From assembly GCA_947497585.1 (NCBI GenBank), contig CANMHG010000013.1:13568-77567 (forward strand): a stretch of 64,000 bases of DNA, in the 5' to 3' direction. Positions 19,454 through 29,668 of the stretch are shown here, one piece after another. Origin of the DNA: an uncultured Bacillaceae bacterium. Its GTDB lineage: Bacteria > Bacillota > Bacilli > Bacillales > Bacillaceae_L. How positions within the stretch are numbered: position 1 is the stretch's first letter; the number at the start of each line of letters is the position of its first letter. Below the pieces are notes generated by a model. That model was not told the origin of the DNA and did no database searches. It saw only the letters and a program-made list of their open reading frames with translations. Both the position numbers and the translations under genes were made by a program.

Positions 19454-19566
19454 TTGGGCATCAAACCCGTCCTCACAGCATACCACCGACACCTAGTATC
19501 TAAGGTTAAATTTAAACCCACAGCATGATCGAGTATCTCCATTAGTATAGGTAAGGAGACATCACC
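19454..19566 (-). ncRNA. EAR/epsC-like cis-regulatory antiterminator RNA, copy 2
   Basis: 113-nt near-copy of 43837-43949 with compensatory stem changes; in a leader behind an internal promoter of the EPS locus. Confidence 0.72.
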
Positions 19567-19580
19567 TATTTTTAAATAAC

Positions 19581-19663
19581 GTTCTTTATAATGAACAAAA
19601 AAGTTGAAAAAAATTCGATTATAAATTTAAAACCATTATAATTCTTTATTAAGAACAAAGCAA
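19581..19663 (-). promoter_or_regulatory. Internal sigma-A promoter with a SinR-type box filling the spacer, plus a second box
   Basis: TTGCTT (19658-19663), 17 nt, TATAAT (19635-19640); boxes at 19641-19656 and 19581-19596. Confidence 0.7.
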
Positions 19664-19681
19664 TTGTTTATTACCTAAAAC

Positions 19682-19728
19682 AAAAGATTATTAAAAAACT
19701 TAAAAGATCTTACATTTAATAATCTTTT
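19682..19728 (-). terminator. 14-bp inverted repeat ending the proximal EPS unit
   Basis: AAAAGATTATTAAA-N19-TTTAATAATCTTTT. Confidence 0.45.
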
Positions 19729-19763
19729 TATGTCGAAATAATTGCATTAACTCTTGACTTATA

Positions 19764-20798
19764 CTATCTTACATTAGTGATTTTTAAAGCCTTGTTACAC
19801 AACTCATAAAACGATGGACTAAAGACAAATAACAATATCATTACTTTATGTTTCCAGCTTATAAGTTTATTTGTAATAATAAGAAAAACACTTTTGTCTA
19901 TTGTTCTTTTGAGAAATCTTAAATCTCTTTCTACACCTGTTAATTCTTGCTTTGCCTTAAAATAATTCCAAAAAAATACGTCTATGTAATGCTTTATTGC
20001 CTTCTCATTTAATTCGTATTCCTTTATTTTTCTAAAGAAGTCTGCCCTGTCTTTCATAGCATATAACTTATCAAATTTTCTTGTAGTAAATGGAGAGTTA
20101 ACTGTACTACCTTGTCTTTGAATATAATAGTATAATCTTAAGTCTATATAAGTTAACTTTCGGCATCTATATAAAATTCTATGAGCTAAAAAAACATCCT
20201 CGTATATTCTACCTTCAATAAATCTTAAATTATTAAACAAATGACGTTTAAAAAGTTTATTACAAGCAATTGCATAGGTTCCACGATTTGTATCGTTTAA
20301 TAAATTTAATGCTTGTAAATTTGATAAATGTTCTATAGTAGTATTTTTCACTAAATCTACTTGAAGATTCTTATCGTTCATTTTTTGTTTTTCAGCCTCT
20401 ATTTCGTCCAATTCATAATAGTCACACATAACTATATCCGAGTCATTATTAATAGCTAAGTCAAACAATATTTTATACATTGTTTGATGTACATAATCAT
20501 CGCTGTCAACAAACCCAATATAATCACCTCGTGCAATGTCAATACCTGTATTTCTGGCTGATGATTGACCTCCATTTTCTTTATGAATAACTATTATCCT
20601 TTTATCAATTTTCGAATAGTACTCGCAAATCTCTCCACTAGAGTCCGTAGAACCATCATTTACAAGAATTATCTCTAAATCAGGATGAGTTTGAGATAAG
20701 ATAGACTTTATACACCTATCCAAATAAACCTCAACATTATATACTGGAACAACAATACTTATACTTGTCACTATATCATCCCCCTTTAATATTAACAT
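19764..20798 (-). CDS. Glycosyltransferase family 2
   Basis: SIVVPVYN, VNDGSTD, FVDSDD; close paralog of 15812-16813. Confidence 0.9.
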   Translation of the reverse strand: MLILKGDDIVTSISIVVPVYNVEVYLDRCIKSILSQTHPDLEIILVNDGSTDSSGEICEYYSKIDKRIIVIHKENGGQSSARNTGIDIARGDYIGFVDSDDYVHQTMYKILFDLAINNDSDIVMCDYYELDEIEAEKQKMNDKNLQVDLVKNTTIEHLSNLQALNLLNDTNRGTYAIACNKLFKRHLFNNLRFIEGRIYEDVFLAHRILYRCRKLTYIDLRLYYYIQRQGSTVNSPFTTRKFDKLYAMKDRADFFRKIKEYELNEKAIKHYIDVFFWNYFKAKQELTGVERDLRFLKRTIDKSVFLIITNKLISWKHKVMILLFVFSPSFYELCNKALKITNVR

Positions 20799-20935
20799 AA
20801 ATTACCAATAGTATATTTTGATAAAAATAACAAAAATGTATTGAAGAAGCCTTTATTTTATAATATATACAATATGTTTATATTCAAATTATTTTCATTT
20901 AGGATTGTTTTTCTATAGGCTAGAATTAAAATATT

Positions 20936-22474
20936 TTAAACTGCTTTAGTAACATTTATCTTGTTTTTTCTAAATCTCTTTATAATTATACTTTTAATGT
21001 ACTTGAATTCACTAGTTTTATAAAAAACGGATATATATATTATATTTGGAACAATTATGCAAATAAATCCTTTTAATATTAAATCTAAAAAACCACTACC
21101 AGTAATTAATATATTACAGATAGTAGATGTCAAAAACATAGCGAACAAGGTTAATCCAGAATAAAGTAGATATTTCTTATAATATGACCAAACAGGTATT
21201 CCGAAGATATATTTAAATACCAAGTACGGAGCATTAAAAAATATAAAGAGAGTACTAATTGTTGTACCTAGAAAAATACCTGCTAACCCTAGATACTTTA
21301 CTAGTATCAATGATGCACCCAAATTAATAGCAGCTTCAAATAATGGTATATATTTATCCTGAGTAAATATTCCGCCCTTAACTTTAAACATTAAGATAGA
21401 TGCTCTTAAACCTCCCAAGAAAAAGTTAACAAGAATTACTGAAAAAGTTAAAGAATCCAGTAATAACCCTTCACCTAGCCACCAGTCTATGAATGGCTCT
21501 AATAAAACAAATAAGAATATAACACAAAATGAGTATATCCAAAAATTCACTAGATCTATTACCTTAAAAACTGAATACCTTTTTTCATTAGTTTCAACAG
21601 CTATTAAATTCCCTATACTCGCACCAACCCCGCCCATAATTGGGGAGACTAGTGCTCCTAGTTGACCAATTATCATGGTATAATTTGAATACAGTCCTAC
21701 AGCACCGATACCAATTAATGATGAAATTAAAATATTATCTGTACCAAATACAAAAAATGTTCCTATATTGTGTAAAAAAAGTGCTTTAATATTAACTATT
21801 AATTTTTCCTTTTCAGTATTAGTGATATAGTATTTTTGCTTAGTTTTAATATATGAATATCTTTTTTCAACAATCCTGCCATTAAATAACGTTTGAAAGA
21901 TGAATAATATTAGTTCAACTAACAAAAAGAGAACATAGTTTTGTGTTAATAGAAGAATAATAATCTTTGCTACAGTTGTAATAATTTGGAAGATAAAGTT
22001 ATATCCAGCTATAACATATCCTTTTTGATCAGCATTTATTAAGACGACTTTATGAGCATTTAAGTAATATGTCATGTTTTTTGCAACGAAAAGTAAATAA
22101 ACAATTGTTAAATGCGAGAGTGAATCTCCATCCTTTATTAATATTTCTAAAAATGGATATAAAGCCATGCTCAAAACAAAAACTATAGAAGCGATAACTT
22201 TATATGCTTTTTTATAAAGCTGGATAAGAGCAATAATTCTTGGTTTATCTTTCTCAGCCAAAGGTTTATACAAAAAATAAACAATACTAGTACCTATACC
22301 ACTTTCAACTAGTGCAAGCATAGTTATTACATTTGTTAGTAATCCATTTAGACCTAAATATTCAACACCTAGACTATCTATGAAGACTTTTCTCGACACA
22401 AACCCTAATATAACAATTACGATTTGCGATAAAATACCAATGGATATATTTTTCAAGGAATTTTCAGTTCTCAT
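20936..22474 (-). CDS. Wzx-type oligosaccharide flippase
   Basis: Multi-TM 512 aa; SRKVFIDSLG..YLGLNGL, ESGIG, TDNILIS..G...VGLYSNY. Confidence 0.85.
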   Translation of the reverse strand: MRTENSLKNISIGILSQIVIVILGFVSRKVFIDSLGVEYLGLNGLLTNVITMLALVESGIGTSIVYFLYKPLAEKDKPRIIALIQLYKKAYKVIASIVFVLSMALYPFLEILIKDGDSLSHLTIVYLLFVAKNMTYYLNAHKVVLINADQKGYVIAGYNFIFQIITTVAKIIILLLTQNYVLFLLVELILFIFQTLFNGRIVEKRYSYIKTKQKYYITNTEKEKLIVNIKALFLHNIGTFFVFGTDNILISSLIGIGAVGLYSNYTMIIGQLGALVSPIMGGVGASIGNLIAVETNEKRYSVFKVIDLVNFWIYSFCVIFLFVLLEPFIDWWLGEGLLLDSLTFSVILVNFFLGGLRASILMFKVKGGIFTQDKYIPLFEAAINLGASLILVKYLGLAGIFLGTTISTLFIFFNAPYLVFKYIFGIPVWSYYKKYLLYSGLTLFAMFLTSTICNILITGSGFLDLILKGFICIIVPNIIYISVFYKTSEFKYIKSIIIKRFRKNKINVTKAV

Positions 22475-23418
22475 TTTAATACTCGCCCAATTCTATTTAT
22501 TTGTGTACTTCCATTTTTCCTCATAGTAAAATTCAAATGCCTAATTACAAAAATTAAACATTCTAAAATAGCTAACCCTCCAATTTCCTTAAAGCCTTTA
22601 AAAATTTTGAATGAATTTTTAAATAAAAATGCTGAGGGATAATCATATAGAATATCCATATAATATTTTTTGAAATATTTCACAGCCTTTTCAAAATCTA
22701 TTTTGTAATTTGCATATAGCTTTTCTTCAATTAAGTAATTTTTGATTTGGATATAAGCCCATAGGTTATCTAAAATTTTTTCGTCTCTTCTGCCAGTAGT
22801 GGATTCATTTCTTTTTAAGTAGTTATAAGCTATCTCACTTATAACCGATACTTTTTGGGACTTAATAAATAACTTTGGAATTAGTTCAACGTCCTCATAA
22901 TATTTACCCTCAATAAAGTACAAATTATTATTTATGAATAATTCTCTTTTTATAATTTTGTTACAAGGATATGCCCTTTTTAAAATTTCACTCAAAGTAA
23001 CTTTTCTTGGAATGTATTCTCTTAATTTACTGCCATCTTCATTTACTTCCCTTATACCAATTATTGAAATATCTGAGCTCTTTTGGAAACATGTCTCATA
23101 TAATTGTTTATACATTTCTGGTTCAATCCAATCATCACTATCAACAAAGCCAACATAATCCCCTTTTGCGATTTTAAGTCCTAAGTTCCTTGCACTGGAT
23201 TGTCCTTTGTTTTTAGTATGTATAACCTTAATCCTTGAATCATATTTTGCAAATTCATCACAAATTTCGCCACTATTATCGACTGATCCATCATTAATTA
23301 GAATCAATTCAAAGTCTGTAAAAATTTGATTAAGTATAGATTTAATACATTTAGCTAAATATTTTTCTACATTAAATACAGGAACAATTATGGATATTTT
23401 TGGATTCAAATTGTCCAT
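22471..23418 (-). CDS. Glycosyltransferase family 2
   Basis: SIIVPVFNVEKYL, INDGS, FVDSDD. Confidence 0.9.
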   Translation of the reverse strand: MDNLNPKISIIVPVFNVEKYLAKCIKSILNQIFTDFELILINDGSVDNSGEICDEFAKYDSRIKVIHTKNKGQSSARNLGLKIAKGDYVGFVDSDDWIEPEMYKQLYETCFQKSSDISIIGIREVNEDGSKLREYIPRKVTLSEILKRAYPCNKIIKRELFINNNLYFIEGKYYEDVELIPKLFIKSQKVSVISEIAYNYLKRNESTTGRRDEKILDNLWAYIQIKNYLIEEKLYANYKIDFEKAVKYFKKYYMDILYDYPSAFLFKNSFKIFKGFKEIGGLAILECLIFVIRHLNFTMRKNGSTQINRIGRVLK

Positions 23419-23424
23419 CTCCGT

Positions 23425-24450
23425 CTATATTTTTTTAAATCTAAGCATTTTCTCTAGAAATAATATGCTTCTAACAATCTCCACCAAACAATTGGCCTTT
23501 AAAACTAAGAGGTTTCTATTAAAGTTATTTATTGCAAATAAGAAGTATTTTTCATGTATCAAATTCTTAATTTGAAAATATTTATTTTTTACTGCCGTTT
23601 CTTTTAAATTCAATATTTCTTTAATTTTTTGTAAATACGCTGCTACAGTTTTACTATTTTCATATTTTTCGCATTTGGAGTATATATACCTATTTATATT
23701 GATAAATTTTAATGTTTTCAAGATCTCTTCTCTTGCTACCAAATGTAAATAAAATGATCCTTCAGTTTTATTCATTATGCTTTCATTATTAACCCTTCTA
23801 TACTTATAAAGACCTTCATTTACTGCACTTATGTTTTTTGCTACTGATAAAGCAATTAAGTTAAAGCACAAATCCTCTGCTATCATTATTTTTTCATTTA
23901 TTAATATTTTTTTATCAATAAGGAAACTTTTCTTATATAATTTATTACACATACTTGCATAGCCTAATATTTTATTGTCACTTAACAATAGTTCCAAATT
24001 TGCCTTTATTTCTTTCCCTTCAATACACACATTACCAGCTAAAGGATTTAAAGATTCCCTTATACATTCTCCAGATTTATCAAATTCGATATAACCGCAC
24101 GATATAATATCTGAATTATTCTTTAGTGCAATTTGATACATTTTTTCATACATATTGTTTTGAATAATATCGTCGGCGTCAACAAAACCTATATACTCAC
24201 CTTTTGAAATTAATATACCTAAATTTCTTGTTGCACTTGGTCCCTCATTTATCTTATGTATTACTTTTATTCTAGTATCTTTCCTTGCGTACTCATCACA
24301 AATTTCTCCACAGTTGTCTGGCGATCCATCATTAATTAAAATTAACTCAAACTCTTTTAATGTTTGTCCTAATATAGAGTCCACACACTCGTGTATATAC
24401 TTTTCAACTTTGTAAACCGGAACAATTATACTAATCTTTGGTTTCGCCAT
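23425..24450 (-). CDS. Glycosyltransferase family 2
   Basis: SIIVPVYKVEKY, INDGSPD, FVDADD. Confidence 0.9.
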   Translation of the reverse strand: MAKPKISIIVPVYKVEKYIHECVDSILGQTLKEFELILINDGSPDNCGEICDEYARKDTRIKVIHKINEGPSATRNLGILISKGEYIGFVDADDIIQNNMYEKMYQIALKNNSDIISCGYIEFDKSGECIRESLNPLAGNVCIEGKEIKANLELLLSDNKILGYASMCNKLYKKSFLIDKKILINEKIMIAEDLCFNLIALSVAKNISAVNEGLYKYRRVNNESIMNKTEGSFYLHLVAREEILKTLKFININRYIYSKCEKYENSKTVAAYLQKIKEILNLKETAVKNKYFQIKNLIHEKYFLFAINNFNRNLLVLKANCLVEIVRSILFLEKMLRFKKI

Positions 24451-24543
24451 TTAGTAAGTTCCTCTCTAAAAATTATTAAACTAAAGTATTGAAGGTTTTA
24501 AATGAATTAATTATCTTTACTTATCCATGACATATAAGTGTTG

Positions 24544-25761
24544 TTAACCCTTATTGTTTGCAAAACTATATAATTTTTCTATTTCAAAAGTAGTATCTGT
24601 ATTTTCACTAAGTAAGTTCCTTTTGATTTCTCTCCGTAATTTTTCTTCATTAATTATTTGGGTAATAGCTTCATACAATTGGTGCTTATCAAAATCAACA
24701 ATTATACCAGTTTCATAATTCCTAATCTGTTCATTAGCACCCGTGAAATTAGTACATATTATCGGATTATCAAAACACCTTGCTTCTGCTAATGTTATAC
24801 AATATCCCTCATGTCGTGATGGTTGAACATAAATATCACAGTTTTTCATATAAGGATAAGGATTGGGGTTTGCTCCTAATAAAATGTAACTATCTTCAAT
24901 TGAATAACTTTTTATAAGTTTCTCATATTCATTCCTCGAACTACCATCGCCTATACAATACCACCTTACATTGTAACCAGACGATTTTAATTTTGCCATT
25001 ACGGAAATCGTTAAATCCTGCCCCTTCTCTTTACTTAAACGTCCTACCGTAAGTATTTTTAATCCATTAAATTCTTCCTCAGTTTCAAATCCTTTTCCAT
25101 CATTGGCCATTTTGTTTATAAGATTTGGTGATATAATGTTTAAGAATTTCTCAGTTTTATCCTTAATTACAGGTAGTTTTTTATCTAATTTACTTTTAGC
25201 TTCATTTGATACAACAAAAATCTTATCAAACTTTTTATAAATTTTTTCAGCGTATTTCTTGTTAAATCCTATTTTTGTAATATCAAAATGTATCCACTGT
25301 ATTTTCTTTTTGGCATTCACTTTATTTAAAACAAAGTAGCTTATGAAATCCATTGGACCTGCATAAGCTACTGCAATATCATATTCTACTAATTTATATG
25401 AATGTTTTTTAAAAATGTAATTAAAGAAAACACTTCTGTTATTAATCCATTTAGATATTAAATGGATAGCCATAATATTTAAAGCATCAATTACTTTTCC
25501 TTTCCTTAAAAAATCTAGTGAAGACACACGTGGTGGATTATTAATAAGTCCTTTTATCTTGTCATAGGATTCTAAATATTCAAGATTCACCCAATTGGGT
25601 ATATAATTTAAATATCCACCATTTTTCTCCAACATAAGTAAAGTAATATCATATTGCTCTTTTGGCATTACTGAAATCATATTCAGTAAGGCTTTTTCAG
25701 TGCCACCCACGTTCATATTTATTATCATAAATAGTATCTTTTTTTTCATAACTTCACTCAC
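24544..25761 (-). CDS. Glycosyltransferase family 4
   Basis: GGTEKAL, VGRLSKEKG, PSRHEGYCITLAEA. Confidence 0.9.
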   Translation of the reverse strand: MSEVMKKKILFMIINMNVGGTEKALLNMISVMPKEQYDITLLMLEKNGGYLNYIPNWVNLEYLESYDKIKGLINNPPRVSSLDFLRKGKVIDALNIMAIHLISKWINNRSVFFNYIFKKHSYKLVEYDIAVAYAGPMDFISYFVLNKVNAKKKIQWIHFDITKIGFNKKYAEKIYKKFDKIFVVSNEAKSKLDKKLPVIKDKTEKFLNIISPNLINKMANDGKGFETEEEFNGLKILTVGRLSKEKGQDLTISVMAKLKSSGYNVRWYCIGDGSSRNEYEKLIKSYSIEDSYILLGANPNPYPYMKNCDIYVQPSRHEGYCITLAEARCFDNPIICTNFTGANEQIRNYETGIIVDFDKHQLYEAITQIINEEKLRREIKRNLLSENTDTTFEIEKLYSFANNKG

Positions 25762-25812
25762 TTACTAAAGATTATTAAAACTAAATAACTACTGCTCTTT
25801 AATCGAGTACTT

Positions 25813-27003
25813 TCATCCTAATAATTGATAAAACATCTGAATTTCTTCACTATTCCCCTTTTTTTCTGACTTTAAATATTTTATAATGCTTTGTCTTAAC
25901 TCAATTTGCTTGATAAGTTTAAGAATTCCATCGCAAACAGACTCACTATCCATATTGACTACTAGCCCGTTTTTTTCATCAACCATTTGACTATAAACTG
26001 CATCAAATCTTGTTGTAACTACTGGAACATTCAACATCCTTGCCTCAGCAATTGCTAGGCCAAATCCTTCAAACCTTGAGGTTTGAACATAAATATCTGC
26101 GTTCTTTATATATGGGTACGGATTTGCTTTAACTCCTAGTAAAATGAAATTCTCTGATAAGTTATTTTGTTTAATGTATTCTCTGATTTCTTTTTCCAAA
26201 GGACCCTTACCTAGTGAATACCACTTAAAATCAATGCCCTTTTCTTTTAGCATTTTGCATGCTCCTAGTGCGATATCATATCCTTTTTGGTAAGCTAACC
26301 TTCCAATCGTAAGAATCTTTAAACCCTCATATTGATCATTAAAACCTTCTCCTAAATCAGCCATTTTCTCAATAAAAGAAGGATTATTTATATCATAAAT
26401 CACCTTCATTTTTTGTGAATAGTAAGGGAAGGTTTCAATAAATACTTTTTTTGTTGAATCAGAAACAGCTATTATGTTGTTGTACTGGTCATAATACTTT
26501 TTTTGAAATTCTTTTTCAATTTTCTCTAGACGATAACTTACATTTACCCATGCATATTTCTTCTTAGCTTTTATTTTCTCTGCTACATAAAACGTTGGAA
26601 CCCCTTGAGCGTAACTTATCGCAATGTCATATGTTTTGGGATTACTATCGATTACTTTTGAGACACTTTGCCAGTAAATTCTAGCTTTTTGAGGGTTACT
26701 ATACTGTTTTTTTCTTATCGCTAATGAGTAACTTATCCTTGAATTCAACATCTCAAAGTCAAAGTTCTTTATTGAAGAAATAAAAGCTTCTTTAAGACCT
26801 AATTCGGAAAACTTTGAATATTTTAATGGCTCCAAAATGTTAACTTCAATCGGAACTAGTTCCTCTAATACCTTACCATGTGCAAACAGCATTAGATCTA
26901 CTGTAAATTTCGTATAATCTAACATAGATAAAAGGGTTACTAAACTTTTTTCTGCACCAGCAACATCTAAAGAGTCAATTGCAAATAAGAGTTTCTTTTT
27001 CAA
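25813..27003 (-). CDS. Glycosyltransferase family 4
   Basis: AGAEKSL, IGRLAYQKG, TSRFEGFGLAIAEA. Confidence 0.9.
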   Translation of the reverse strand: MKKKLLFAIDSLDVAGAEKSLVTLLSMLDYTKFTVDLMLFAHGKVLEELVPIEVNILEPLKYSKFSELGLKEAFISSIKNFDFEMLNSRISYSLAIRKKQYSNPQKARIYWQSVSKVIDSNPKTYDIAISYAQGVPTFYVAEKIKAKKKYAWVNVSYRLEKIEKEFQKKYYDQYNNIIAVSDSTKKVFIETFPYYSQKMKVIYDINNPSFIEKMADLGEGFNDQYEGLKILTIGRLAYQKGYDIALGACKMLKEKGIDFKWYSLGKGPLEKEIREYIKQNNLSENFILLGVKANPYPYIKNADIYVQTSRFEGFGLAIAEARMLNVPVVTTRFDAVYSQMVDEKNGLVVNMDSESVCDGILKLIKQIELRQSIIKYLKSEKKGNSEEIQMFYQLLG

Positions 27004-27059
27004 TTTAATCTCCCTATCCTATTAACATATAATTAATTATGAAAAAATCTTTATATTAC

Positions 27060-28043
27060 TTATCTTCTTATGATACCCTTCACGGAAATCATAACAACTA
27101 AAAAACGCACATTATAATTCAATAATGTAATCAAGTACTTATACATTAGTGATAATGTCTCAGTCTTTAAAATCTGACTATAGTATCGTCTGACACATCC
27201 TTGAATCATTTCCAAGTATTTATGTCTGTATACCCTATTCTCAACCTGATTCAAAACATAATAAACATTATCAACACACCAATAACCAAAACTGGAAAAT
27301 ACAGTTTCTGAAAGCTGGGGATACTTTTTACTCATGAAAACCAGTATTTCATCCCAACCTAAAAAAGCATCCAGCCTCTTTTCACTGAATGTTGATGTTA
27401 ATATACTATTTTCTCTTTTTACATACATGTAGCCAATATAGCTTGTGTAAACAGCTTTATTTGCATTGGCAAACAATCTATAAGTAGTTGATAGATCTTC
27501 GTGAATACGGCCTTCTGGGAATTGAATTTTATCAAAACAGCTTCTTTTAAATAGTTTATTACATAATGAAAATCTATAAAGTGCCCCTTTAAAAAGCTCA
27601 TTCATAGATTCTACATGATTTAATTCCTTTACAAATTCTTCCTCACCACTATTTATAAGTGTTCCGTTTACTACTCTTCCTAACTTACAAATGGCAATAT
27701 CACTATTAGTTTTAGAGGATAATGCATATAGGTTACTATACATTTTAGCTTCAATGTAGTCATCCCCATCAACGAAACCAATGTATTCACCTGTCGCCGC
27801 ATTGATACCTGTGTTTCTTGCAGAGCTTACTCCACCATATTCCTTATGAATGACTTTCACTCTGTTATCATTATCAGCATATTCATCACAAATTGAGCCA
27901 CTTCCATCTGTTGAGCCATCATTTATGAGTAGCAATTCAAAATCTGAGAATGATTGTGATAGAATACTATCGATACAACCATTGAGATAGGGCTCTAAAT
28001 TATAAATTGGTACAATAATACTTATCTTAGGCTTCATGTACAT
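27060..28043 (-). CDS. Glycosyltransferase family 2
   Basis: SIIVPIYN, INDGSTD, FVDGDD. Confidence 0.9.
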   Translation of the reverse strand: MYMKPKISIIVPIYNLEPYLNGCIDSILSQSFSDFELLLINDGSTDGSGSICDEYADNDNRVKVIHKEYGGVSSARNTGINAATGEYIGFVDGDDYIEAKMYSNLYALSSKTNSDIAICKLGRVVNGTLINSGEEEFVKELNHVESMNELFKGALYRFSLCNKLFKRSCFDKIQFPEGRIHEDLSTTYRLFANANKAVYTSYIGYMYVKRENSILTSTFSEKRLDAFLGWDEILVFMSKKYPQLSETVFSSFGYWCVDNVYYVLNQVENRVYRHKYLEMIQGCVRRYYSQILKTETLSLMYKYLITLLNYNVRFLVVMISVKGIIRR

Positions 28044-28052
28044 ATATCCACC

Positions 28053-28469
28053 TTATAATTTAATTTTTTCTTTTACAATTGTAGAGGAAACGCCTTTTGT
28101 ATAAGGGAAATAAACAACATCTACACCCACTTGATTAAATTTCTTTTCTACTTGTTCAAAAAGATGATTCCCTTTCCAGTCATCTCCCACAAACATGACA
28201 TCAAATTTGATACTTTCCCACGCTGAATACTTATCACGATTCACTTGAGGAACAACCTGATCGACATATTTTATACCTTCCACAATCGCCATTCTTTCCT
28301 CTTCTGGTATAACTGGAACTCTATCTTTATATTCCATGACCAACGCATCCGTACTTACTCCAACGATAAGATATTCACATTGTTCTTTTGCTTTTTGTAA
28401 GATATTTAGATGACCTACGTGAAATAAATCAAATACCCCAGTTGTATACCCAATTTTATACGGCTTCAT
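28053..28469 (-). CDS. tagD: Glycerol-3-phosphate cytidylyltransferase
   Basis: YTTGVFDLFHVGH, GDDWKG, YT.GVSST; start reassigned to ATG 28469. Confidence 0.85.
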   Translation of the reverse strand: MKPYKIGYTTGVFDLFHVGHLNILQKAKEQCEYLIVGVSTDALVMEYKDRVPVIPEEERMAIVEGIKYVDQVVPQVNRDKYSAWESIKFDVMFVGDDWKGNHLFEQVEKKFNQVGVDVVYFPYTKGVSSTIVKEKIKL

Positions 28470-29643
28470 ATATATCACTCCGATTCCTACTAAAACAAAC
28501 ATCATGAATATGTTCTAGTAAATGTTCACTTGCATTTCCATTTTCAAATGATCCAATGTCTTGTAAAAAATCTTTTAGATTCTTATTATATAAATCATAA
28601 TTAAAGTTCTTTATCTTATTGGATAAATCCTCATTGCTAATTGCACTCTCAAAAGGGAGTTCGTTTAAGTCAAAATATAAGTTTCGATCATTTTTTATGT
28701 AGTCTTCCATATCTGGTACATATAAGAAGCAAGGTCGATTAGTAATACAAAAATCAAACATCAAAGATGAATAATCCGATATTAATACATCTGATATCGC
28801 TAATAGTTCTTGGGTGTCATCATAGGAGGTCACATCGATTACCAGCTTATCTTCCTTAATCAATTTATCAGAAAGAGATATTAGGTGTGGATGAAGTTTA
28901 ATTAGTACTGTCCATTCCCCATCAAATTTAGATTTTAATGAAGAAAGGAGTTTTGAGTAATTTAGATTATAAACTGTGGTGTCATTGTTCTTTCTAAAGG
29001 TTGGTGCATAGAATACAACCTTATTTTCTATTGGAATATTCAAACTTTCTCTTAGCTTTTTCATTGTTGCGACATTATTAAAAAGGAGATCATTCCTTGG
29101 AGTTCCAATTTCAAATATCTTTCCTTTGTACCAAAATGACCTTTTGAAAATATCTGTACTATACCTACAACCTGACAATAATAAGTCAACTTTCAATGAA
29201 TCCTTTTTGGCCATTTGAACATAGCTTTGAGGTAAAGATTTCTCTGCATCTTTTTCGATTTGTTTTAATCGTAATGAACTGTGCCATGTTTGGATGTAAT
29301 ATTGATTTTTCCTTTTTACAAAAAAATCAGTTGTTCTAAAGTTTGTAATAATTACCTTTGCAGTACATAATTCATAGAAGTACTTTATCGACATTGTCTT
29401 AACCTTCCTAATTCCAGTTAAGTGTTCTTTTGATTCTAAATCGTTGAACGCCCATACAATGTCATATTTATCCTGATAGCCATTTTCAATCATGTATTCC
29501 GTTATATACTTTGGGTTACACCCATATTGACTTCCATAATAACTAAACAGAAATATTTTATTTTTCTTAATAGGGAAGCAGTTAAATAAATAGATAATTA
29601 GTAAACAAAGTATTTTCTTTAAACTATTCATTAAATTACTCAA
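28456..29643 (-). CDS. CDP-glycerol:glycerophosphotransferase (TagB/TagF family)
   Basis: YGCNPKY, QTWH, GTPRND, YAPTFR, KLHP, ISDYSS. Confidence 0.9.
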   Translation of the reverse strand: MSNLMNSLKKILCLLIIYLFNCFPIKKNKIFLFSYYGSQYGCNPKYITEYMIENGYQDKYDIVWAFNDLESKEHLTGIRKVKTMSIKYFYELCTAKVIITNFRTTDFFVKRKNQYYIQTWHSSLRLKQIEKDAEKSLPQSYVQMAKKDSLKVDLLLSGCRYSTDIFKRSFWYKGKIFEIGTPRNDLLFNNVATMKKLRESLNIPIENKVVFYAPTFRKNNDTTVYNLNYSKLLSSLKSKFDGEWTVLIKLHPHLISLSDKLIKEDKLVIDVTSYDDTQELLAISDVLISDYSSLMFDFCITNRPCFLYVPDMEDYIKNDRNLYFDLNELPFESAISNEDLSNKIKNFNYDLYNKNLKDFLQDIGSFENGNASEHLLEHIHDVCFSRNRSDIYEAV

Positions 29644-29668
29644 GCATCATTTCCCTCCTTTCTAAGTC

